A stretch of DNA of 64,000 nt from a virus (lineage: Duplodnaviria; Caudoviricetes). The translations under genes were made by a program, and so were the position numbers. This document shows, one piece after another, positions 19,406 through 30,758 of the stretch. The notes beneath the pieces were generated by a model. That model saw only the letters and a list, made by a program, of their open reading frames with translations. It ran no database searches and was not told the DNA's origin. How positions within the stretch are numbered: position 1 is the stretch's first letter; every line of letters starts with the position of its first letter. The stretch covers positions 1 through 64,000 of IMG/VR virus record IMGVR_UViG_3300033068_001467; one strand, given 5' to 3'.

Positions 19406-19891
19406 ATGAGTATTATGATTATAGGAATAATTTTAGCAGTTAGTATAGCAGTTTTTATCTTTTTAAATGTTTTTGGCTCGAAAAAAGATAGAAAAGATGT
19501 TATAAAAGAAAACACAGACGTACAATATAACTACTCTAAGTTTGAAATAGATATTTTAGATTTAGTAAATAAGCACAGAGCAAGTCTAGGACTATCTCAA
19601 TTATTAAAAAATGATTATATATCTACAAAATGCGAAGAACACAGCAGATATATGTTTGAAAATAATAAAGCAAGTCACGACTACTTCTCAATTAGAGAAC
19701 AGGAAATAATTGATAGTTTAGAAGTAAAGTCAGTGGGTGAGAATATCGCTTACAACTTATCAACAGCAGAAGCAGTTTTAAATGCTTGGTTACAAAGCCC
19801 AAAACATAAAGAAAATTTAGAAAATCCTAATTGGAAACTTTTTGGAATTTCAACTATAGATAAATTTACAACTAATATTTTTACACAATGA
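19406..19891 (+). CDS. CAP (SCP/Tpx-1/Ag5/PR-1) domain protein with N-terminal anchor
   Basis: ILDLVNKHRASLGL..L...CEEHSRYM...SHD...GENIA...AVLNAWLQSPKHKENL. Confidence 0.9.
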   Translation: MSIMIIGIILAVSIAVFIFLNVFGSKKDRKDVIKENTDVQYNYSKFEIDILDLVNKHRASLGLSQLLKNDYISTKCEEHSRYMFENNKASHDYFSIREQEIIDSLEVKSVGENIAYNLSTAEAVLNAWLQSPKHKENLENPNWKLFGISTIDKFTTNIFTQ

Positions 19892-20637
19892 TTAAATTTA
19901 ATTTTACAGAGAAAGACACAGAAGATTATAAAAAATGGGTTAGTTTTTATCCAAAAAGAGATAAAGGTACAGGATTTGAATTAGTATACGATAGTAATGG
20001 TTATTTTGACCCAAGACCACAGATAAATACTAATATAACAACATTAATTAGTTTAGCTTTACCATTTATTAGTTTATGGTTATTACCTTTATCTCTATTA
20101 TTGTGCTTTTATAGCTGGGGAAGTTTATATATTAACTTACCTTTTGATACAGGCAGAAATAATACAGCAGAGTCTAAGAGTTACGGAATTACATTCTATC
20201 ATTGTGATAGTGGCTTTCCAAATCAGTTTTGGGTTAGAGGTTTAAAATCTTTTGATTTTCCATGGACTTTTAAATTTTGGAAAAGGGAGGTATTACACAA
20301 ATCAGGTTGGCGCAAAGAAGAAAAAGGAGATGATTTTTGGGATAAAGATAAGTGGAAAAATGAAATTATTTTAGAAACACATCCTTACACATACACTTTA
20401 AAATCGGGAGAAAAACAAAAAAGAACAGCAACTATTCATCAAGAAAAAAGATATTGGAGGCGTTGGTTTAACTTACTTTCAAAATGCAATCATTCAATAG
20501 AAGTTGAATTCAGCGATGAAGTTGGTGAAAGAAGTGGTAGTTGGAAAGGAGGTTGTATAGGTTGCTCTTATACAATTAAGAAAGGAGAAACACCTTCAGA
20601 GTGTTTAAGAAGAATGGAAAAAGAAAGAAAATTTTAA
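19888..20637 (+). CDS. Hypothetical membrane-associated phage protein
   Basis: ORF track; TM segment; C-terminal VEFSDEVGERSGSWKGG. Confidence 0.65.
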   Translation: MIKFNFTEKDTEDYKKWVSFYPKRDKGTGFELVYDSNGYFDPRPQINTNITTLISLALPFISLWLLPLSLLLCFYSWGSLYINLPFDTGRNNTAESKSYGITFYHCDSGFPNQFWVRGLKSFDFPWTFKFWKREVLHKSGWRKEEKGDDFWDKDKWKNEIILETHPYTYTLKSGEKQKRTATIHQEKRYWRRWFNLLSKCNHSIEVEFSDEVGERSGSWKGGCIGCSYTIKKGETPSECLRRMEKERKF

Positions 20638-20795
20638 AATGAGTATTTGGCATATATTACCAATAAATGATTCTAAAGAGCATATAGAAAAATCAACCTG
20701 CACTTGCTTACCAACATTAGAAAATTTAGAAAACGGTGATTTAATGATTATTCACAATTCATTTGATAAACGAGAAATAATAGAAAGATTGATTT

Positions 20796-21122
20796 ATGAT
20801 TAAAAAGAAAATAAAAATTCCTTTATATTTTCAAAATCTAACAATTATACAGACAGATGATTTTGACACTATACATAAACAATATAATTTAAAGGGTAGT
20901 GTAGATTTTGCTGGTATTACAATATTAGACGACGATTCTATAATTGCTGTTTTTAGGTCAGATGTAACCCCATCTATTATAGCGCATGAAGCTTTACATG
21001 TGTGTAGTTATGTTTTTCAAGGTATTGATGCCAAATATAATAGAGATGATGACGAAACTTTGGCTTATTTATTAGGGTGGGTTGTAGAACAAATTCATAA
21101 AACAATCGTTTTAAAGCCTTAA
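20796..21122 (+). CDS. Small HExxH-motif protein
   Basis: IIAHEALH...DETLAYLLGW. Confidence 0.6.
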   Translation: MIKKKIKIPLYFQNLTIIQTDDFDTIHKQYNLKGSVDFAGITILDDDSIIAVFRSDVTPSIIAHEALHVCSYVFQGIDAKYNRDDDETLAYLLGWVVEQIHKTIVLKP

Positions 21123-22257
21123 AATATATCAAACTATATAAGACTACCAAAAATATAAAATAATGTCTTAGAATGGCTGTAAATATGCTTAAATTAGATT
21201 TTAGCTGTCGGGTGTAGTTTTATTTGGCGCAAAACAAAAAATATGGAAATTAAAGAAAAAGAATGGTTTTATAATTTAACACCAACAGAAAGAAATAGAC
21301 TTTATTTGAAGTATAGAGGTACTTATGTTTATGGTATATTTAAAGATGAAGTGTTTATAGAGATTTATAATTTGGAAAATAAATAAAAGTTAATTATGAC
21401 AGCAAGAGAAATAATAATGGAGGGTAATGAGGGTTATTCTTTTATAGATGTAATAAACAATCTAACGGAAGACCAGATAATAGATTGTATGCATGAATAT
21501 ACTAGAATTAAATGCAAAGAACTGCTTGAAATTGTGGCGGAAAAAGCCAAAATAGTTGAAGACGGATACGAACAATACGATGAATATTGGTTAGATTTAG
21601 GTGGTTCTTTAAAAGTAGACAAAAACAGCATCTTAAATGCAGTAGATTTAAAAGAGTTTATAAAATAATGAAATTCAGTAAAAACTTTGAAAGGGATTAT
21701 AATTGGTACTTGAAATATAAAGATATTTTTATTTTTTCAGGTTCACCAACAAAAAAGATTGAAACAGGAAATAAATACTCAGCAAAAGAAGCTTTCTATT
21801 TATATGATAGTCAGGGTAAATTAGTATCAACTTATGAACCTGAATTACTACAACAGATTTTTAAGTGTAAGGAATCTATAAATTTTCAAATAAAGCAGTG
21901 GGTGGAGGGGTTAACAGATTACAATTTTCCTTATATTGACATATATTCTTTTTTAAACAGAAGAGATTTGGTTTGGAGTCCTGATGGTACTTTTATAAAA
22001 AAAAAGTTTAATGGAGCAGTATGAATTACTACCTTGGATGATAGAAGCAATAAAAAACCAATATAGAAAACAATGGAGATAGAGGAATTATATAACAGCC
22101 TACCGAGATTTACAAATATTTACATAAATGGTGAAGAAATTAACCCTATACCTTCAGATGTAAAATTAACAATTTTTTGTAGTAGCGATGATGAAGAGGG
22201 ATTTTTAGAAGATGTTACGAAACAAGAAGCAGGTTTAAACTTATTTATAGCAAAGAA

Positions 22258-22440
22258 ATGGATATTACAGAAAGACTTATAGGGCAAACAATAAATTCCG
22301 CCGAAAAAGAATTAAAAGATAAAATTTATAGAATAGTTAAAATAGATGGTAAAGGAATGATAGTGACCTGTGACTTTATAACTGACAGATTAAACTTAGA
22401 AATAGAAAATAATATAATTGTAAATGTGTATGAAGGATGA
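22258..22440 (+). CDS. Putative peptidase inhibitor (I78 / potato inhibitor I-like fold)
   Basis: LIGQ.....E.....YRIV..DG...IVTCDFITDRLNLEIENNIIVNVYEG matches the vT.Dy..dRLN reactive-loop signature. Confidence 0.65.
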   Translation: MDITERLIGQTINSAEKELKDKIYRIVKIDGKGMIVTCDFITDRLNLEIENNIIVNVYEG

Positions 22441-24225
22441 ATATAGATACTAGAGATAACATTTCAAAATGGAAAAATCTAACTAATGAAATAACAGAGA
22501 ATTGGATTAGAGATTATTTTGAAATAGAGGAAGATGAGCAAGTTTATTTTGATTGGGTAGCTGATGATACAGGAACAATTTTTAGTTTTGCTGATTATTG
22601 GTTTGACTTTAATACAGTTTTAAAATGTTATGAGTTAGGTATAAGTAAAGAGCAGTTGTTTGTGTGGTATGACTTCTGCCTTTCTAATCAATCTGTTAAT
22701 ATTTCTTTGGCTCGTTTTATTTTATCGCCTGAAGAAAGAAAAGAAGCAGAGGAAAAACATTTAGAAGAATTGAAACAGAGAGCTGAGTGGGCGGAAAAAG
22801 AATTTAAACAAGCTTTAGAAAAATATGAAAATAGAAACTAAGTACAACATAAATCAAGATGTTTGGTTTATGTATGCTAACAAACCAAGAAAAGATAAAC
22901 CTTTTAAAATAGAATTCAGCTATGATGCTAAAAAAGGTGAACAAGAAGTATATTATACTTTTCCAAAATTTATTGACGCTCAATATTTGTTAGATGATAC
23001 AGTTGAGGAGTCAGATATTTTTGCCACAAAAGAAGAATTAATAAACAGCTTGTGAAAAATAAAATTTGGATTGCAGAAGAAGAGTTAGAGTTATATAAAA
23101 CAATAGTAAAAGAACAAAGTTTAGAATTCACTAAGAAATGTATGTATATGAAGAAACATAAAATAAGAAACATGAACGATATGTTTAAGGTATTAACTTT
23201 AGAAAACTACGATAGATTTACAACAGACTTCCTTGTAATGTTCCATAATATAGTAAAAGCTAAAGAAACCATGACACAAGAAGAAATAAAATTGGTAAAA
23301 CTTCCTTACTTTGAGTGGATGGATGATAATGAGTGTAGAAGTGGTTACAAGTTTAATAATAATGAAATAATTTGGACAGATGTTAATAAGTAAAGTAAAA
23401 CAAGTATACAGCTATGAGCTTCAAACTAAATTTAAAAAACGATTTGGAGTTCAAGAAATAGATTACAGATATAGAGAATTTTTTGATGAACTTTGTGATG
23501 ATGGTTTGTATGTTAGAGATTATCTTAAAAATAAACCTAAATTAAGAATAACATTTATTCCGTTTTTATTTTGTGTGATTGTTTTATATGTAGTAGCTTT
23601 TTTAAAATACATTTTTACAGGAACTTTTTATTTCGGCGAAAAGAATTTAATAATAAGAAAAATGATTGATTGGGATAAATATTGTAGATTTAATATAATT
23701 AGCTAACACATGAAAGATAAAATAAACACAAACATACAATTCTATTTAGAGGATATAGAATTAAATATCTCGGTTAAAGGTAACTTGACAAAACATTTAG
23801 AAAATGAGCCTATACACAACTATGGATTTATTCAAATTACAAATGGGGGTTTAGATGATAAACCTTTATTTTGGGACAATGTTTCCTTCTTCATTTCGGC
23901 GGGCAAAAAAGAATTTAAAGAAGAATGTAAAAAAGAACTACAAGAAAAAGGATATGATTGGAAAGAAGTATACAAGCAAATTAAAACACTTTTAAAACGA
24001 GCTAAAAAATTAGATTTATTATGAAATATACAGAATTAACATTTGTAGAAGATATTGGTTTCTATACTGACGAGTTAGAAAAAATACAGTTTTATAAAAA
24101 AGATAGATTGTACTCTTCTTTAGGAAGTCACAGTATGTATGTAGATTCAGACAAACTTGAAATTGGGCGAAAAAAGTTTAAAAAAGATTTATTAAAACAC
24201 TACAACAACTTAATAAAACAAATAA

Positions 24226-24846
24226 ATGACAATATTACAAATACTTAAAGATTATCCAATAGCGCAAAAAGCTTTAAAACACATAATCTTAACAAACACA
24301 GCAAATAACGCTCCTTATCACAATTTAAATCATTTACTTACTGTTACAAGACACGCTTATAATGCTTTAACTTTTAATAATAGTTTTGCAGGCGGTTGTG
24401 TAGAAGATGTTTTAGTGGCTTGTTTATTTCACGATTATAATCATTCGCAAGGAAAATTTAAAGATGATGAAAATATAAGAATTGCTAAAGAGGGAATGGT
24501 CTCCTTTTTAAACTCTTTAGAATATAACTCCTTAGATACAGATTTTATGGAGCATATTATAGATGCCACTCAATATCCCTATGTTATACCAAGTGAAGAA
24601 TTATGTCCATATCAAAAAATAATAAGAGACGCAGACTTATGTCAAATTTATGAATATGATTGGTTGAAGCAAAATATTTTTGGATTATCTTTAGAGATTG
24701 GAATTCCTGTTGTAGATTTATTACCAGGACAAATAAATTTTTTAAGTGGTATTAAACCTTTAACAGAATATGGGAAGTATATGCACGATAAATATTTTGA
24801 AGCTGTGTGGGGAGAAGTTATATTTTTAGAAAAAATAATGGAATAG
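24226..24846 (+). CDS. HD-domain phosphohydrolase
   Basis: APYHNLNH...ACLFHDYNH...IIRDADL. Confidence 0.85.
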   Translation: MTILQILKDYPIAQKALKHIILTNTANNAPYHNLNHLLTVTRHAYNALTFNNSFAGGCVEDVLVACLFHDYNHSQGKFKDDENIRIAKEGMVSFLNSLEYNSLDTDFMEHIIDATQYPYVIPSEELCPYQKIIRDADLCQIYEYDWLKQNIFGLSLEIGIPVVDLLPGQINFLSGIKPLTEYGKYMHDKYFEAVWGEVIFLEKIME

Positions 24847-26313
24847 TTATGGAAATAGTAAAACAATATATAGTAGAAGTAAAGGGAAATAGATTACTTG
24901 GAGTAGTAACAAAAGAAGGCAAACACTTTATTCAGTCATTTACAAATCAGATAGGATTTGATGAGGTTAATGGAGAATTATTTAGTGGTTTTGGAGAATT
25001 GATTTATAGTGACAAAGACGCTGATAATATGTGTAGTAGTTGTAATTGTTGGAAGCAAAAAAGAAATAGTTGTAGTTAATGGAGAAAAATATAAATTTAT
25101 GGAGAATTGGTTAGAAACAGACGCAGATTGTAAAGAACAGTATTATGCAATTAAAGAGATTAAAAATAATATGATACAGAATAAGAAACAAGGTGTAAAA
25201 ATACTTTCAGAGTTTATGGGATTTTCAAAACCATTTAATACTTCTTGGGATGCACTTATGCAAGTAGTTGATAAACTAGAAAGTTTAGATTTAAAAGATA
25301 AAATTTATTCTTGGGAAGACAGTAGAGGAACTAATTATAATTTTCAGTGTGTTGAAGTTGAAATATCTTCAGGTAAATGTTGGATAACAATAGAATTAGA
25401 TTTAGACCCTTGTATAATTATAAATAAAGAATGGGCAGGAACACAATATCAAGAATGGTATAACTCTTCAAGATTAAATGCTGTTTTTTATTCGTGTGTT
25501 GAGGCAGTGGAATATTTAAAAGAAAAAGAACTAATATAATGGCACATATAGAAAAAGAGTTACAAAGTTATAAAAATAAAGCTCAAGAATTAACTTCAAT
25601 TTTTGGCGAAAAAAGTTTAAAAGTAGTAGAACAAATAACAACCACTTTAGAAAACCTGCTTGCTTGGGATGATAGTGAATTTACAGCAGTTGAACTTGGG
25701 TATTGGTATAATGTGGAAGCTGAATTAAAAATAATGCACGAATTATGATAGTAGCGGTTTGTAAAAGACATGGTTTAGTAGCTTGTCACCAATGTAATCC
25801 AAGAATAGATTTTAATAAATCAGTAAAAAAAGAGAATCCTTATCAATTGACTAAAGAGGAGCAAGAAAATATTAAAAACATTGATAATGCTTTTGACAAA
25901 TTGTTTAAAGAATCTAAATGGGATACTAAACAGGTTATTGAGTTTGTTAATTGGTACATTGATTTAAAAGAATTAGGAGAGAATAATAAACTAGAGAACT
26001 TTACTATTATTGAAAGTTTTTTAGACGGAGATTCTGTTGACGTGTGGAAGAACATAAAGTCTATTCCTGAGATATTCAGTTTTTTAAGAAAATACTTTAC
26101 TTACGATAATGAAAATGAAGTTTTTCAGTCAAAGAAAAGAAGAATTAGTGCGGGAACAGTCGATGACTCAAGTTTATTTATAGCAAGTGATAGTCAAGGA
26201 ACAGTTATTTGGTGGCGAAGTAACCTAGGTGAGGAAGACACTATTTTCGACGGAAAAGAATTAAAAACAGAAGAAGAATTTAATCAAGTATTTGAATTAC
26301 TAAATATATCGAA

Positions 26314-26639
26314 ATGGCTTACGGAAGCAAAGAAGAACTAATAAGTGTAGCAAACATAATAAGAAAAACTATGTTTGACTTTTACATGGGTAAGATAGAC
26401 AAAAAAAGTTTCTAAGGGTATATTGGGAATTTGAAGGATTTCTTTTAGAGCATGAATACGCCAAAGAAGATGATTATTTTAAATGTGATTTACCTGACAC
26501 AGAAAGATTCCTGGAAAAAGAGTATAGTTTAGAAGATATTAAAAAAGCAATTGACTTTAATAAATATCACACAGATTACGGAAACATTATTGGTGGAAAA
26601 TCAGATGAGGAAATTGAGGAGTTTATAAACAGCTTATAA
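26314..26639 (+). pseudogene. Split ORF, frameshifted at an A7 run
   Basis: ATG 26314 reads to TAA 26413-26415. The -1 frame stays open from the A7 tract (26401-26407) to TAA 26637-26639 without its own ATG. Confidence 0.5.
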
Positions 26640-26955
26640 TTCGCCGCGTAAAAAATTAAAAAACAGAAAATTATGACTTTAGAACAACTAAAACAAAACC
26701 AACTAAACCTAAACAACAGTTTAAGAAACTTATTAGACCAACAAAGAAATATAGTATCAAAAATAACAGGAGACTATGAAACACCTACAGAAGAAAATCC
26801 AATAAAAGCTCCATCAGGACTAATAGAAGAAATAGATTTATTACAACAGACAACATACAATATTATTTCTGAATTAAACATTGCTTCTAATAGACTATCA
26901 GATTACACTTATGAACCTGTAGTAACATGTAATTCTCAATAATACTTTCTTATCC

Positions 26956-26986
26956 AACCCCCTCCTAATACCAAGGAGGGTTTTTT
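26956..26986 (+). terminator. Strong intrinsic terminator ending the middle gene block
   Basis: CCCTCCT-AATACCA-AGGAGGG plus TTTTTT. Confidence 0.85.
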
Positions 26987-29325
26987 ATTTGTGGGAATGT
27001 GGTGTTTTTTAGTTGAGGAAAATTATTTTATTGTGTGGGTGTAGTATTTTTAAAATTGTAAATATATGGTTAAAAGATTTTTAATTACGGGGGGTAATAT
27101 TTTATTAAATAAAAATGATTTTACGAACATTTCTCCTGTATGACCAATATACAAGTCGGTCAGTCTAAAATTCATTTCTACTCCTACCCGTACCTAATTA
27201 TATCAATCGAAAATTATCGTGCCTAAAATCGAGTTTTTGTTTGGTTTTGAAAAAATGTTTTTTATTATGTACGTTTATAAGGTTTTTGTTTATAATAATG
27301 TACATTTTGCCGTTTTTTTATCTTTTTTGTGCCGTTTTTATCTTACATTATTGTAAGAATTTACTTTATTGATTGTGTAGTTTGTCGATGTTTTTATGCA
27401 GTTAATCGATTTTATTAGGTTTTATTTGTTTTGTAATGGTTTTATGTTGTATGTTTGCTCCATCAAATAACAACAACGAATATTAATTTAATCTTATATA
27501 TTATGAATGCAATTACAATCGAAACAATAAATTTTGATACAGTTATAGGATTTTTAACAACGTTTAAAGAACTACCTAAAAAAGCTGAAAACATTGGTTA
27601 TGTAGTTGAAAATGATACTTTGCAAACTTACGCCATTTATAAAGTATTTAAAACTAATAAAACTTATTTAATTAAAACACTATAATTATGAAAACAACTT
27701 TTAAAATCATTCGCTTTTGGTTATCTGTTAATTATAATCAAATTTTTATTCTGTTCTTTTTAATCTTTTTTACGGCGCAATTATTACGCTTAATCTTTTA
27801 AATACTAATGCTATGAATTACTTCTTATTAGAAACTCAATCCGACAAAGGTACATTATTTTTGAAAACTAATGCAACCAACAAAGAAACAGCAATAAATA
27901 ACTTTTGCAACCTTTACAATGCACCAAAAACCGCCGTAAAAAATGTATATAAATTTGAATTAATGTTTTGGAACTTTAAACCTATTACATTAATTCGTAA
28001 AAACCTTGCAACACTATGTTAAAAATTAACAAACATTCAAACTATTATGAAGCCTTATTTTTAGGCGGCAACTTATACGCTTTTACTTTGCTTGACTTAT
28101 TTAAGCAGTTACTAACTATCTATAATATTAGAACTGAAATATTTACTTTTGATAACTTAAATTAATCCGTTTCTTTTTAACTTTTTTCGGGCGAAAATAA
28201 ACATAAAACAAAATCTTATGAAAGTACTACCAGCAACAAAAGTATTACAAAATGTAATTGAAGCAAAAGAAACGGCACAAAGTTTCTTAAAGTATGCTAT
28301 TGCAAACAAACAACAAAACGAAATTGATTATTGGAATAAACAAATTGAAATTTTCACTAATTTATTAACTAAAAAATAATAATATGAAGCCTTGTTTAAG
28401 TGAGTTAAAAAATAGCGATATAGTTAAACTAATTGAGTTTAATGTATTAGAAACAAAGGAGGGTAAAACGAGTAAATTTTTACACAATCTTATAAATATA
28501 GGTACTTCATTTACTTACCTAAAAATAGGAGCAAATTTGTATCAAATATCATTTAGTAGTGGTAATTTTTACCCTCAAATTTATAAGGTTTATGCGTGGC
28601 AACATATACCAAGTTATCAACCAATTGATTATTATTTATTTAAAAAAGTTGATGACAGTATTAAAGTAAGTCAATATTATGGTAACTTAAACACGTATAG
28701 AAAATTAAACTAAAAACCGCCGTAAAAAATTAAAAAAAAATGAGTATAGAAAATATAACCTTTGAAAATACAGACACTTTAAAAGATACATTAACCAAAA
28801 CCGTACTTTTAAATGCAGGTAGTCACAGATTAAAAACCGAACTTACAAAGTTAAAAGTAAGCTACACAAAAGTATGTAAGGGTGCATTCACTACATACAT
28901 TTTGAGAGGTAAAAATATAGGAGTATTAAAAGTTAAATTATAAAAATTTCCGCAAAAAAGAATACAACAAAAGAAAAAATTTACTATCTTTACAATCAAT
29001 TTAAAAACATATATTATGTACACAATTCAATTAACAACAACAAAGCAAGTTAAAAACCCAAACACAAAAACAACCTATAAAAATGAAAGTGTTGAGGTTA
29101 CAACAATAACAGACAAAGAATATCATTTAATTACTAATGAGGATACAGTTAAATTCTTTAGACGTTTGGGAGGTAGTGAAAGTTTACAACGGTCTTACAC
29201 TTGTGCGGGTTATAAAGTTTATAAAATGGTTTACACAAGTCCTGACAGACAAAACAAAACTATTAGAGAATTTAAATTTATTGATAACTCTTAAATTCGG
29301 GCGTAAAAAACTAAAAACAAAAGTT

Positions 29326-29532
29326 ATGGAACAACTCCCAAAATTCATCTATTACGACGATAAAGATAGAGCAGGAAGAAAAAACACAAAACCGTATAGA
29401 GGACAGTTTACATATAAAAACACTCAATACTTTTGCGGACAACACGAAACAATAAAACAAGCTCAAAGAGCCGTTGATATAAAGCGTTTAAGTTTGGGAT
29501 TAAGTCCTTTGTATTTGGTTGCTAAAAAATAG
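29326..29532 (+). CDS. AP2-like DNA-binding domain protein
   Basis: KPYRGQFTYKNTQYFCGQHETIKQAQRAVDIKRL; ATG at 29326. Confidence 0.55.
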   Translation: MEQLPKFIYYDDKDRAGRKNTKPYRGQFTYKNTQYFCGQHETIKQAQRAVDIKRLSLGLSPLYLVAKK

Positions 29533-29609
29533 TATTTCGGCGCAAAAAAATAAAAAAAGATTTTGTAAATTAAAATAAATTTATTACATTTGACAATAAT
29601 TTAAAAACT

Positions 29610-29849
29610 ATGAAAACAAATAAATACACTTACTTAAAAGTAATACAACAGAATTACGGGCAAGGTTGGGAGGATGTAAGCGAATACGAAACCAATTCAT
29701 AAGGCGAACCAAAAGAGTGGAGTAATATACCGCATATAAGCACAACAGGTAAAGAAAGAAAACAAAGCCTACTAAACCACGATTTAAAAGAATACAGACT
29801 AATGGGCTATTCAACTAGAGTGGTACAACGTAAAGAGTTGAACAACTAA
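29610..29849 (+). pseudogene. Small phage gene with an internal TAA
   Basis: MKTNKYTYLKVIQQNYGQGWEDVSEYETNS*GEPKEW...RVVQRKELNN*; in-frame TAA at 29700-29702. Confidence 0.6.
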
Positions 29850-29881
29850 AAACCGCCGTAAAAACTAAAAACAACAGAAAA

Positions 29882-30181
29882 ATGAAAACAACAACACTAT
29901 TAAAAAGATTGAAAGGTATTCCAACAGTTGAAGCCTTAATAAGTCCAAGAAGCGGGGAAGCAGTAAGAAACCAAGTTGTTATAAATATGAACAACGGCAA
30001 AGTATTCCAAAGCTATGAAAGTACAATAGCAATAGAGTACAAAGGTATAACATACCTAACTAATAAATTTGATTATTCCGTTACAACAAGTAAGTACTTG
30101 AAGCAGTTTTGCGGAAAGTCGGCAAAAGAAGTTAAGACAGAACTAAAAAATAAAAGTAAGAAGTTTGTTTTGTTGGAATAA
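29882..30181 (+). CDS. Conserved phage early protein, paralog 1 (FQSY...DYSVTTSKY)
   Basis: Clearly homologous over its full length to 34567-34869. Confidence 0.75.
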   Translation: MKTTTLLKRLKGIPTVEALISPRSGEAVRNQVVINMNNGKVFQSYESTIAIEYKGITYLTNKFDYSVTTSKYLKQFCGKSAKEVKTELKNKSKKFVLLE

Positions 30182-30742
30182 ATTTTATACATTTGTACAA
30201 TAATCAAGTTTTAACGTATAAAAAAGCTATTCAATGGGATTTATTGCAAGAAATTTAACCACTAATCAAGTTTATTATAGTAAAGGAGCTAACAAAATAG
30301 CTAATTTAATCGGGTGCAACTACTCAACTATAACAAAATTCTATCAAAAAAGAGAAAATCAAACCAAAGATAAACTTATTAAGGGGTGGATTGTATCAAA
30401 AACAATAGAAATAAGCAACCAAAATAGAGGAATTAATATTAAATTCAATGTTTAACGTCGAAAAAACTTTCTAAATTCCGCAAAAAGAAAATAAAAACAG
30501 AAGAAAATGAAAACAAAAGATTTATTAATATGCAAAAGAGAAGATGTTTACTACACAGATACATTAGAAATGTGTAAACACTACCCTAAAATAAACGAAA
30601 TAGTAGAGGTAGAACAAGTAATAAAAGATGAGGATGGTATTTGGCTTTGTTTGGTTGGATATGATGAAGATATGTTCGACGCAAATTGTTTTCGTAAACT
30701 AAATTTATCAGTAAGTAATTCATTTTCAGAAAGTTATTAAGA

Positions 30743-30758
30743 TGTTCCACGTGGAACA
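30743..30758. promoter_or_regulatory. parS-like centromere site
   Basis: Intergenic perfect palindrome TGTTCCACGTGGAACA (18 bp with flanking A/T), matching the bacterial chromosomal parS consensus TGTTNCACGTGAAACA. Confidence 0.8.

Larger units (their letters stand above)
21396..26942 (+). other. Dense run of small co-oriented hypothetical ORFs
   Basis: About 20 ORFs in the track with overlapping starts and stops; no recognisable motifs except those listed separately. Confidence 0.7.
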
